Source: Callorhinchus milii (lineage: Eukaryota). Taken from it: 64,000 nucleotides of DNA. Below the pieces are notes generated by a model, which made no database searches, had not been told where the DNA came from, and was given only the letters and a program-made list of their open reading frames with translations. Below, in pieces: positions 50,791 to 62,159 of this stretch; position 1 is the stretch's first letter, and each line of letters opens with the position of its first letter. Both the position numbers and the translations under genes were made by a program. The stretch spans positions 21,330,001 to 21,394,000 of the forward strand of contig NW_024704743.1 of NCBI RefSeq assembly GCF_018977255.1, given 5' to 3'.

Positions 50791-53700
50791 GTTTCTCAAG
50801 AACAGAGGAAAATTTGGATTGCTGGAACTCCTTGTTCTTTGGCATACCTTTTCTAGGTTGACAGACAATGAACCAAGTGATGGCTCCCTGACCTCCTTCC
50901 TCTCAGCCAGACTTGAAATAAACCCATTGTTATCGTTGTTTCCCTTCACTCACCATCTGTTGCATCACCTAACCCACTCACTGCTAATCCACTAATGCAG
51001 ACGGAGCCAGCCTCTGTTTCTGCTTGCGCTGCTGTTTTCATTTACTGCACAAACAAAACAACTTCAATTGTACGGCATTTTGTGAATGAAATCGACTTTG
51101 GTTCATTAAGAGACCTTTTTAATAAGCAGAAGTTGGGGTTGGTATTATCTGGACTAACCACTGAATGGGTTCGAGACGTTGCCTGCAATACTTTAATGGA
51201 GTAAATATATCCTTACTCAGATAAATATAAAACACTACAGATTGACCATGGGCTGTGTTTTTAAGGAGAGGCGAATACTGTTGGACTACATTCTGGATGA
51301 TGAAGTCTTGCATTTGTTGAAGCAGTAAAGGTTTTCTCCCTTCACTACAAGTTAAACCATCTTGGATATTTGAACCGGATCTAGATTATCATTGAAACCA
51401 ATCGCATCTTAAAGCACCACAAAAACAATTGAGACCTAAGCTCGATTTTATTGAGGTAAATTGCTGTATTCCCTAATATATTCAATGTGTTAATTATCAC
51501 ATCAAATGAGTTATAAACTCCTGCAAATGTCACCACTATAATTCTTCAAGGGATACAAAATAAATTCTTTCATTTTGTTGCAGACTTACTTACTTTTAAA
51601 AGCTTGGAGCAGTACTGCTCTCTTTCTCTCTCGCTCCTTCCCCAATGTGCTATGTACTGATTGAGCCCATTTCCTGAATTATAAACAATTCCAGTTCCTA
51701 ACTGCATTGATTCCTTCCAGCTTTCTTCTTTCTTTTCGCTCTGTGGCTGCAGTGCTTAAATACCCACTGACATTAAGGTTTCTGTTTAAGAGCAAATTTC
51801 TGTCTGAAAACCAAACCGGGCAAATGTCTAAGTCTGTAATTGGAATGGACAATTCACGGCATATTTTTCAGCTTTAAGAATTCCTGTTCTTCATAACAGA
51901 GATCTTGAAGACAGCAATTTGCTGACCCAGTCAAACTTTGTTCATATATTCTCAATTAAGACATGTTAACATTTATGTGGCATTTTATAGATTGACTCTT
52001 GTTTCTTTGTCCCCCTTTACAGTGAGATTGAGTATTGGCAGGAAATGTACAAAAGACTGTTTAACACTTGGATTTGTGCAAGTTAAATACTTATGTAATT
52101 GCAATTTGGGTGGAGCTCTGATTAGATGAAAGCGCTTTAAAACTCTACATTTATGCATTTGCTATCAGTAATCACCACTGTACAATTAAGATAACTGAAA
52201 ACGCTCAAAATCAATTAAAAAATCAATAGTCTTATGTGGCCAGATTCTAAACTCATTAATGACTTCAAAGCTGTGATGTGCAGCAGGTCTTTCATAACCA
52301 AATACTAAATCCCACCTCATTGTGCACCTTATTCATAAATGCCCTGTCCTATAACTGAAGATTGGTTAATAGATTAATATCCACATTGTAAAACCAGTCT
52401 GTGTATACTTCTGCGAGTGCTTCTACTTAATCTGAACTAGAACAGAATTGGATTTTTTTTGTGTTTGAGTCTGATATTACCTTGTTTGCAGCATATTGGT
52501 GTGCGTTTGTGTAAAGAAAGCCTGATAACTACAATTACTAATACAGTTGAACTCCTATTATCTGAACATAATAATAATCCTCGCATTTGCTACAGCACTG
52601 CTCACATTGGGAGGTCGTCTCAAGGCGCTTCAAAGAATATACAATAAAGTGTGTGACTGTGTATCTTGGAGGCGAATACGGCAGCCAATTTGTGCACTGC
52701 AACATGCGCATTCACCCAGACTATGTAGCTTGAACACACATGGTATTAAAATGGAACTGTTATTGTAATTGTGATCATTTGTAACTATCTAGTGTTTCCT
52801 GGTCAGTTCATATAATAAGAGTTCTCTGTACAGAAATATATTTTGCTTGCAACCTGCAGTATATTTTAAGTGTCTGTGTTTTCAGTTTGATGTAATTTTT
52901 CCTGGAGACACAGGTGAGACTGTGTTAGTGCACATGTTGTTTGGTTTATCTCATGGAAGCCTTGCTTGATTCCTGAAGAGGATACAAGAAAGGTATCTTC
53001 TACCTCCAAAAGCTACATTGTCTTCTGATCCTTACCCCATACCCCTTGAACACTAAAGCATGATCATCTCACATTACATCAAACTCCTGGCTGCTACACA
53101 TTCCAACCAAGATTCCTACTGATGTAAAAATGTTCTGGACAACGATTATTCTTTGCAAAACCTGTAAACTGAAATCACAGAAGTCTCGCTATTTTAAAGG
53201 AGAATGAATTGTTATGTAGTTTCTCCAGGCAGATACTAGCTGTTGGCTTGATATTCTATGCAAATTTCACAAAGGATTTCACTGCTTGCACAACTTCGAA
53301 ACGCATTTCCACGGGCCTGCTTGTTTGAACACCTGAGTGTTAATGTTCCCTTGCTGGTTTGGGGATTATGGCTATTAGTGCAAGGCTTTTCATCTGCTGT
53401 GCTATTTCCTTTGGGCATGTAAGGTTATGAAGTTGAGGCTATGGTAATTGCAAGTGTGGAAGGAGGTGATGTGAGGTAAATGACAAAGTCTTGCCCAAGC
53501 TGTAACCTTTGCTTTAGAACTTTGGAATAACCATCTCTAAGGTTTGGATTTGAATACGCTGACTTTTGGAATGTGAGTTTGACATCGTAAAAGGATTTTG
53601 TTTTGCTGATTTCTGCGGGTGCTTCCTTTGCAATTTTTGGGATGTTGCAGACTTTTAACTGGGTAAAATGCAGCAGGTTTGTTATTGGTGGGCAGTGTGT

Positions 53701-53798
53701 TTTCACCAGACCTTTAAATGCATCAGTGTTTAATAAGAATATTTCATTCCTAATCTGTCAAGCTTGTGTTGGTCAATAACATATTATGATCCTAGCAG

Positions 53799-53876
53799 AA
53801 ATCAGACATTTTCAGTGAAGATAAACAGGCCATAGATACACCGAATGAGGGCCAGGCTGAGCTGGAATCTGCAGAG
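53799..53876 (+). CDS. KIAA1217: KIAA1217 exon (78 nt, or 81 nt with upstream AG; phase 0 to 0)
   Basis: cctagcag|aaatca...gcagag|gtaagt (strong donor, weak acceptor); KSDIFSEDKQAIDTPNEGQAELESAE. Position and 26-aa length agree with the short exon I recall before the large exon in mammalian SKT. Confidence 0.75.
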
Positions 53877-54046
53877 GTAAGTGTCTTGAGTGGTGGAAGT
53901 TATTAAATCAATAATAGTAATGATCATAATTTTCTGTTAAAGCTTATTAGCTAATTTATTCTGCATCTTTGATGTTTGCGGCAATAAAAATCTTTACAGT
54001 TCAGAGAATATTTGCCAATTTTATTATTCTTGGCTATCTTTTACAG

Positions 54047-55762
54047 GATTTGTCCGATAAACTCGAGACCTCCACCTTCATCTTTCATGATGTTCATTCA
54101 AACGATTCCCAAATTGAAGTTCAGCCTCAGAATGACACATCTGTGCCTCAGGAGGCCTCCAAGGAGACCCTCAAATGTTTGGGAGATGAAGAGCAATCTG
54201 TATCAGATCAAACACAAGTTGCGCTCGAGTCTGCTGCAATCGAGCACAGTGTTACTTTGGAGAAAGAGCTGGTGCCTGCCTTAAGAGGTCATGAATCAAT
54301 CGTAAAGGTTGAAACAGAGTACAGACTCCACAAACCTGACCGAGTGAGCGAATTGGATAACACATATTCTGCAAATACTCCCGATATGAATGAGGTTGTT
54401 AATCGAGGTGATACTAACCTGGTTAGACCAGAGAAGGGCCAACCGTATATGCAGCAAATCACCTCATTTGTTAGCCAGCAGGATTCAAATGTTAATCAAT
54501 TTCATCCTCAAGAATGGGACGTGCCAACAGCAGAGTCTAGTCAACAAGCTGGAAATTGCAGCCAGCAGGTAGTATTGAGACCAAAGACTTCGAAAAAGGT
54601 TACTGTCAGATATGCTGAGGATATTGACTCTTCGGGTTCCTCTGGAGATGAGACATCATCGACCGACAACATAGCATTTATGATTACAAACACCAAGGTG
54701 CAGGCCCTGTCCAGTGGTGAGGTCAACGATTTGGTAAACCAAAGTGGAGAAGGCATCCAGACTGTGAGCGTTGATGCAAATCAAGCAATGACGGCACACC
54801 AGTACACCCCACAGGATACTGGGAACGAAGCCCCAGAGTTTTGCATTGATAAGAAACCAGTGATTATCATCTTTGACGAACCCATGGATATCCGATCGGC
54901 TTACAAAAGATTGTCGACAATTTTTGAATCTGACGAAGAGCTGGAAAAAATGATGGCCGAGGAGAGAATAGAGGAAGAAAACGAAGACATGGAAGTGGCA
55001 TCCGAGACCGTAACCTCATACTCCACGAGGATCAATAACATGAACAATAATCAATTATGTCCAGAATCTTTCGCTTTGAATTCAACAGCTGATTCTGAAT
55101 CTGGTGAACCTAGTGACGTCCGCTTCGGTTTGGATGAAACGAAGACAGCAAACAAAGCCAGTACTAAAGCTGTCCAAGATGAGACATCCACACCTGACTG
55201 TGTGGACACCAGTAAGAACGATTCCAAGAAGAAATTCAAGTTCAAATTTCCCAAGAAGCAACTTGCAGCTTTGACCCAAGCGATCCGTACAGGCACGAAG
55301 ACCGGGAGGAAAACACTGCAGGTCGTCGTGTACGAGGATGAGGAGGAACCTGACGGAACTGTGAAGCAGCACAAGGAATCAAAGAGATTTGAGATCACCC
55401 GGTCAAAGAATAAAGAGGAAGCCGCCAGCAAAACCAGCGAGCCAAAGCAACACAGCACCATCGATCCTGTGTCGAATTCAACCAGAACAGATCAGATTCG
55501 GAAAAACACTTACAAGACCCTGGATAGTCTTGAGCAAACCATCAAGCAGTTGGAAACGACAATAAGTGAAATGAGCCCAAAGGTTTCAGATCAGGGGGAG
55601 GAATATGTGGATAACGCCACAATTTTTTACGACTCTGGAACGGTTCAGGATGAATCCAAATCTCCTGCAGATCAATCCCTGCTTTCTTCTGGAAAGGCAC
55701 CTCAGCAGGCCAAAGGCAAACCACCGCTCCTTCCAAAAATCTCCACAAAAGCAAGTGTACAG
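54047..55762 (+). CDS. KIAA1217: KIAA1217 large exon (1716 nt, phase 0 to 0)
   Basis: atcttttacag|gatttg...gtacag|gtgtcc; lies inside ORF 53969..55783; contains QVVLRPK, DNIAFMIT, DKKPVIIIFDEPMDIRSAYKRLSTIFE, KKKFKFKFPKKQLAALTQAIRTG, LDSLEQTIKQLETTISEMSPK. Confidence 0.95.
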
Positions 55763-56299
55763 GTGTCCCCTTCTATTCCTTGATCGCTGCTTCATGTGGT
55801 GGTGTGACTCCTCTTTCTGGTTTCTAACAACTGACGCAATAATTGGTTAAAAGTATATTCTTTAAGTGTGGTGTTGGGGAAATCTATTGTTTATTAATCT
55901 GACTGCTGAGCTGAACTGAGCCGGGCAACTTGATTTTCTTTATTAATTGGCAGCATTATGGTGTATTCATAGAAGCCGGATTTTGTTTCAGGTAATGTAT
56001 GCTTCTTGTAGGTTAACCTTATTTTTGTTTTCTTGCCTCTGCATCTCTAACCTGAGTAAGAATCTGGGTGAAGTGGGGACTCTGTTGCTCACGCATGTAA
56101 CGGGTCAATGAGCTTTCCTAATCTTAGGGTCATGGTGATCTATGCAGATGCAGCGCAGAATAGCATGTCTGCGATTGATCCTCTCTGGTGATTCAATGGC
56201 CTGAATTCTGATTTCAAAATATTTGTCCACAGGTATTGGAATAAAAGAGGAATCAAATTCTGGGGATTTGTTTTTAAACGAGGATCGTTCTGTTTGCAG

Positions 56300-56440
56300 G
56301 CTTCAAACCTGATGTCGCCCACTAGCAGAATGCCGGTCTCTGTGGGATCCAAAACGCAACAGCAGCGGCAGCAACAGCAGAGCAACGCAGACAAAGCGAC
56401 CAAACCCAAACTCCAAGACCCCCAGCGCCAGTTCCGACAG
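56300..56440 (+). CDS. KIAA1217: KIAA1217 exon (141 nt, phase 0 to 0)
   Basis: ctgtttgcag|gcttca...cgacag|gtagtt; ASNLMSPTSRMPVSVGSKTQQQRQQQQSNADKATKPKLQDPQRQFRQ. Confidence 0.94.
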
Positions 56441-57167
56441 GTAGTTTTGTTTTAGACGTCTAGCGAGAATGTAGTGAAGAAAGTTAAAACATTGAGGGAT
56501 TTCAGAATTGTCCTCTTTGCAAAAAAAAATTGTGGACATTCAGAGAGTTTAAAACTGTTTGCAACTATGTCTGGTTTTAAGTTACATTGTGAACCTGGGG
56601 CTAACATCAGTGTTCAGACACTGATGAATCGTGTGAAAATCCTGGTCTCTCTTTTGTAACCCACAAGTGACTTGCCACATTTCTTGTCAGTAACCTTCTC
56701 CTGTGTATCTGTGTCCTCTCCAGCAGTTATTCCCTTTTACTGGTAACTTACTATTGTACTGTTTCCTGTTCCTTTTCCCATTTAGTGTTTTTGTGCATAA
56801 ATGGAATGGCTGAAATAACCTGTGCTGAATAATCTTCAGAACTAACGACTGGATGGTTATGTGTCCAGTGAATGAATTATGAAATGAATCATTGTTTGAT
56901 TAGTTTTTTTCCAATCTTGCATTCTAATAATACAGCATGGTTTGCCTAACTCATCATAATCTTATTCATCCTTTTTTTTCCTTTTCTTTCCACCTTTGAA
57001 TGTTGTGGGATTTACCAGGTCCATTAATCTTCCACGATGCTCACCAGGATAAATAAGGTTCTACACTGTTAATTCTTTGTCTATCTGGGACTGCTCTGGC
57101 AGGCCCCAGGGTTGAAATTGTTGCTGGCTCTCTGATAAACTTTGTCTCCCGCCATCTTTGTTTGCAG

Positions 57168-57659
57168 GCTAATGGAAGTGCTAAGAAAGCTGGTGGGGAG
57201 AGTAAGGCTACTTCCCCTACTTTACCTGCTTCTAAGATCCCAGCCCTTTCTCCCAGCTCTGGGAAAACTAGCTCTATATCTGGTCCTAGCAGTGACACTA
57301 ACTCTCCCAGTACCTCTAGTAAATATGCCCTTCCTGCTACTAATTTTACTCCAGCTGCCGGGCGTTCCACTCCACTTTCACCTGTATCTCACATCCCCTC
57401 TGCATCTAACGGCTCCCTAAAGCTTCATGCTCAGAACCCTCCATTAACAGGCAAATCTCAGCATCCTTCCTTCCCACTACACGTGCCAAATGGCAGATCC
57501 TCTTCCTCATCCTCTTCCCCCTCCCCGGTTTCTCCCACTTCATTAATTCAAGGTGTGAAGAGCATTCGGACAATCCATACCGCTAGCTTCGCAAGCTACA
57601 AGCAACAGAACAGCAGCCAGAGCAAGCCCAGTGTGGCCACTCTCAAAGAAACGGCATAG
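57168..57659 (+). CDS. KIAA1217: KIAA1217 terminal coding exon (492 nt to TAG)
   Basis: tttgtttgcag|gctaat; ANGSAKKAGGESKATSPTLPASKIPALSPSSGK...RTIHTASFASYKQQN...KETA*. Confidence 0.96.
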   Translation, partial: ANGSAKKAGGESKATSPTLPASKIPALSPSSGKTSSISGPSSDTNSPSTSSKYALPATNFTPAAGRSTPLSPVSHIPSASNGSLKLHAQNPPLTGKSQHPSFPLHVPNGRSSSSSSSPSPVSPTSLIQGVKSIRTIHTASFASYKQQNSSQSKPSVATLKETA

Positions 57660-59175
57660 ACGCAGCACTATGAACGCATGATTACCACATCATTTATTCT
57701 TTGATTTGCAGTAGAATGCTGTTAATGATTATATATTGGTACAGTCTTTACAAAGTATGCATTAAATGTAACCAGAATTAGCAAATCTGTGTCAGCCAGC
57801 AAACACTGACTTACTTTTGCAGTGTGTGGGGAAATGAAGTCCACTTGCAGTGTTTCTCTTGTAAATAAATGTTCCAAGTTAACCAGGCCTAAAATCAGGG
57901 GGGGTGTGATGAACGAATTCAGGTTGAGATATAAAGAGAGTAGTAACAAAGACATTCACCTAACAAGTTATTTTCAAACGCATTGTTTTGTATACAGAGT
58001 ATTTTTTCACGATGCGCAGATGATATTGATTTAACTATTGTAAAGTTTGAATAATGAGCACTGTGGGATGCTAAAGTAAGATGGGCATAAATTATTCCAT
58101 ACTTACACATGGCTGCATCAAATGATATCTAGCACTGGATCGGAGATGAATTTAGAATCCAGGGCAGGTCGAAAGAACAGAAACTGGGATGACTGCAGCA
58201 ACACAAATATTTTTTGCACTGAATTACATTTATTCAGCACATCGCTTCAGCTTTTCACCTGGCTAGAATATAAACAGGAACATGGGACAAAACACTTTAT
58301 TTAATGGCTAAAGTGTTAACCACAACACATGCCAATCTAGGTCAAAGGCAGCCATGGGGTGAGGAATGTATGTTTGTGGTAAGTACATCTTTTACTATTT
58401 ACAACCATACATAACTGCACATCCTATTGAATCCAGACCTAAACCAAGTAAATCCGCTGTTTTGTTTTTAAATTTCTATTGCTGACAGTTCAATAAATAT
58501 TGCCTAATGTTCCACAAAATAAAAAGGGACAGGAGAATGCAGATTAAATCTCTGGTTTGGAACCAGTGACCGAAAGCCTCATGGTGTAGATATACTGTCT
58601 GTTGTACTGCCTAAGGATATGAGTATTGGTTTTTGGAGTGAGAATGAAAAACTGTTTCATATTTTGCTTGTTTTTTATATATAGGTGGCATTTATTTCTA
58701 ATTGCTCCAAAGCTGTGCTTTTGTACTTCCAACCGATGATTATTCTTTAAAATCTTTTTAAAAAAAGCACCTGGATTCTTGCCTTTTTTGTGCTTTTTTT
58801 TGCCAGTTTTTATTGTAGTTGCTTATCGAGATTTGTTAACCCATATTAAGAAACTTGTAAAACTGGCAAACGCGTGTTTTGTGTGTGTGTATAAAAAAAA
58901 CTATAAATCTATACACATATCTGCTTATAAATCTGCAGGGATGCTTAGTTTCCAAGATAGCACCAAAGTTTGTTTCCTTGCATGCCTTTTTATTATAAGA
59001 TATATTATTTTAAGAAACAGATGGGTATAAGATGGGGCATGTTTGCACATCCAGAGTTTTTGTACATAGTTTTGTTTTTTGTAAAGCAATCTGTAAAATA
59101 TGGCATTGTGGTGAGCTGCAAACTCTAGCCTTGTGAAGAAGCAATGAAATAAAGGCCGCATGCTTGTAACCTCAG
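57660..59175 (+). other. KIAA1217: KIAA1217 3' UTR (end inferred)
   Basis: AT-rich stretch after the stop with no recognisable repeats; ends near AATAAA at 59148; repeats resume at ~59330. Confidence 0.7.
59148..59153 (+). terminator. Likely distal polyadenylation signal
   Basis: AATAAA followed ~20 nt later by a G/U-rich tract (gtttgttgcctttt). Confidence 0.65.
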
Positions 59176-59330
59176 TTTGTTGCCTTTTGAGTGTAATTAA
59201 ATTGATGGTGTTTTATATTAAGTGGACATGAAACAAGCCTGTAGTAACACTGCCTGCACCGTTACAGCTTGCAGGTACTTGTTTCACTGCATCGATCTTA
59301 CACTGTGAACACTTTGCAGACTTTTGGAAG

Positions 59331-59709
59331 TGTGTCAGCCTGGCTCACTCTTGCCTCTGAGTCAGAAGGTTGTGGGTTCAAACTTCAGGAATTGGAATCA
59401 CATAGTCTAAGCTGATACTCCGATGCAGGGCTGGGTGGGTGTTGCATTGTTGGAGGTGCCATCCTTCAAATGAGACGTGAAACTCCTCTTTTTGAATAGT
59501 GCCATGGGATGTACGTCTGCCTGTTTAGGTGGATGCTAGAAGATCCCACGGCACCAGAAGAAAAGAGAAGGGAGTTTCTCCTGGTGTCCTGACCAATAAA
59601 ATTGGTCACTCACTCCATGGCTGTCTGTGGAATATTGCTGTGTGCAAACTGGTTGCCGCAGAAAATACAGTCAATCCACTTTACAGTAAATCCTGTGATA
59701 AGGTGCTTT
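59331..59709 (+). mobile_element. Deu-domain SINE (SacSINE1/AmnSINE superfamily-like)
   Basis: Head ...gcctctgagtcagaaggttgtgggttcaa; Deu-like ggaggtgccatccttcaaatgagacgt...agatcccacggcac...ctggtgtcctgaccaa. Confidence 0.8.
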
Positions 59710-60903
59710 TATACCGTTGGCCACTCTATCCTCCTCCACTGCCTCTCCTCTCACCTCAACCTTCATGGTTCTGTCCTTGACTGGTTCAGATTGTACTTCT
59801 CACAGAGTCTCCACTTTATCTGCACAAACGGCTTCTCCTCTGGCCCCCACACCGTCTCGTGTGGTGTTCCTCGGAGCTCTGTGGTCGGTCCCCTCCTCTT
59901 CAATATCGATATACTCCTTCTTGGTGACATCATCCACAGAAATGAGCTCAATTTCCACGGATGACATGCAGATGACACCCAACTCTTAGCTCTCTGCCTC
60001 CACCCTCGACTCCAGGACCACTGCTGTCCTGGTACAATGTCTGTCAGACATCAAGTCCTGGATGAGAGTTAACTTACTTCAGCTGAACGTCAACAAGACC
60101 GAGGCCCTCCTGATTGGCTCCCGTCAGCGCCTCCACACCTCAGGTGCTGACAGCATCACCATCCATGTTTGCACACTCCACCTTACTAAGCCAGTCCGGA
60201 ACCTTGGTGTTTTGCTTGACCCTCAATTGTCCTGTCTACCCCACATCTGTGCCATGACCCGCTCTGCCTTCCCCCACCTCCGCAACATCACACGGCTCCG
60301 CCACTTCCTCACCCCTCAGGCTGCCGAAATTCATCATGTCTTGGCTCGACTGCGCTAACTGCCTGCTTGTCTGCCTTCCCAGTTCTTCCTTCCACATGAT
60401 GGAGATCATCCAGAACTCGGCAACTCATGTCGTCTCCCAGACCAGGCTCCATGACCCCATCACCCCCACCCTTGCCCGGCTCCACTGGCTCCCCATCCCC
60501 CAGATGATATTCAAAATTCTCGTCCTCACTTTCAAAGCCATTCACGGCCTTGCCCCTCCCTACTTCTGCGACCTGCTGACCTCGTATCAACCTGTCCGCT
60601 CCCTCCATTCAGCAGGCTGTGGCCTGCTCCACATCTCCCAATTGGCTCACCCCACTATCAGCTGTCGGGCCTTCAGGCTCTGCCCCCATCCCATGGAACT
60701 CCATCCCACATTCCCTTTGCCTCTTTCCCTCTCTTGCCTCTTTCAAGGCATGTCTCAAAACCCTCCTCTTTACTGAGCCTTTGGTCACCCTCTACCCTCC
60801 ATCCTTCCCGATCCCAACTACCAGCTCAAGTCCAAATCCCTGACTGTCCAGCGCCTTCGGATGTCCTCCTGACATAAAAGGCGCTATACAAATGTCGTAT
60901 TGT
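59710..60903 (+). mobile_element. L2-clade LINE, 5'-truncated, same family as 20446..21990
   Basis: Close similarity to the 20.5-22 kb copy; frameshifted RT (..ADDTQL, NLGVLLDP, LHWLP); tail gcgctatacaaatgt. Confidence 0.92.
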
Positions 60904-61769
60904 ATTATCAAATGCAAGGATTATTACATTATTATCAGATGATTGAGTCCACCATAATCCCTCAAACTTCTGGAAATCCCTGCCTCAAGCCCTCTTCCTT
61001 GCCGCTTGCTGCCTTTTTGAGGTCACATGTGAAGGCTTTCCTCTTCGACTATCCCTTCGGTCACTTCCAATTTCTCCCACTCGATGTCAATCTACGCCAT
61101 TGTTAAATGCGTCGAGACACAATCCAATGTGAAGAGTGTTATATAAATGCAAGATTTTGTTCAGTGAAAGTTAATATATTTGTCACTCACTGTCACCATT
61201 AAAGTAATCCTATATTGGGATTTTTCGAGTGGCTTTACTTCCTGCATCAGACAGCTTCACAAACCGCTCAGTTCTCATCTCCAATGTTGACTATTCGGAG
61301 TCCCTGCTCAAGGACTATATTATGTGAATATTTTTATTTATAGATTGGCAGGCCCAGAGAGGGAGGAAGTGATAACCTCCCGAATCCTCCCAGTCAGGAC
61401 ACACAAGCATGATGAGCAATGCTGGTGCTCAGAGTATTTCCAGGCCTTCAAATGTATTGCGGTTCAAAGCGAACCATTTGGCCCTTCAGGCCTGTGTTGT
61501 CCCTCACCACGTGGGCCACCCAGTGTTTGTTAAAGCAACAATCTGTGATGATGTGTTATTTCTTCAGGTTTAATTTTTATCAATAAAGTGAAAAAATGTA
61601 GGTTGGCTGTAAAATGTGACTTTCAATCGCACCAATCAAGTCCCCACAATTTTCTGCAAAATCTGTCAAATTTCCCGCAAATAGTTCCGCAATTCTCTTG
61701 GCCCTGGCGATAGGGAGTGTGTGAAAGTGTGAGATGGAAAGAAGAGGCAGCAGAGACAGACATCACTTT

Positions 61770-61970
61770 AAATTTTTTTTGACATCACCAGTAAGTAACC
61801 CTGGAGACGAACATTCATTATCAAAACTGGCATTAAGGAAACTCAGGTCAACTATAGATCAACCAAGATTGAATAATTTGGCAACTCAATCAAGTGTGAC
61901 TTGCTTAACCAGCTGGATTTCAACAACATCACTGAAAACCTTTTGGCCATGAAGAGTAGGAAGAAACTGA
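61770..61970 (+). pseudogene. hAT transposase C-terminal dimerization domain relic
   Basis: FLTSPVSNPGDEHSLSKLALRKLRSTIDQPRLNNLA, then in a shifted frame LDFNNITENLLAMKSRKK; resembles the pattern LT.PV....ERSFSKL....LRSTM...RL..LA. Confidence 0.75.
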
Positions 61971-62159
61971 TTTAAAGCTGTTCTAGTGTAAAATTGTATA
62001 CTTGTATGAGTTTATCTTTAACATCACTAAGTGATATTACCAGTTTGTGCTGAAATTAATATGTTTTGTTAGCTTTAACTTTGATTCAGCTTTACAATTG
62101 TTGTACCACATTTAAAAAACAGAACTGAAATAACCAAGGTAAATTAACATTTGGCATCA

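Larger units (their letters stand above)
7256..59175 (+). other. KIAA1217: KIAA1217 / sickle tail homolog gene, 3' portion (13 coding exons plus 3' UTR; 5' exons not found in window)
   Basis: Spliced translation contains SKT motifs as I recall them from the human protein: EFPPLQNKMRAVLRVEVEAVKFLKEEPHKL, PPPPPRRSY, DKKPVIIIFDEPMDIRSAYKRLSTIFE, KKKFKFKFPKKQLAALTQAIRTGTKTG, NTYKTLDSLEQTIKQLE, ASKIPALSPSSGK. All introns are GT-AG with compatible phases; 4187 coding nt in window. The large penultimate-region exon distinguishes it from the paralog SRCIN1. Confidence 0.96.

Noticed and set aside
55751..55756. GC-type donor aaa|gcaagt as the end of the large exon
   Set aside because: Exonic context lacks the AG usual for GC donors; an in-frame canonical cag|gtgtcc lies 12 nt downstream.
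53969..55783. 604-aa standalone ORF
   Set aside because: It is the large internal KIAA1217 exon (54047-55762) plus intronic flanks.
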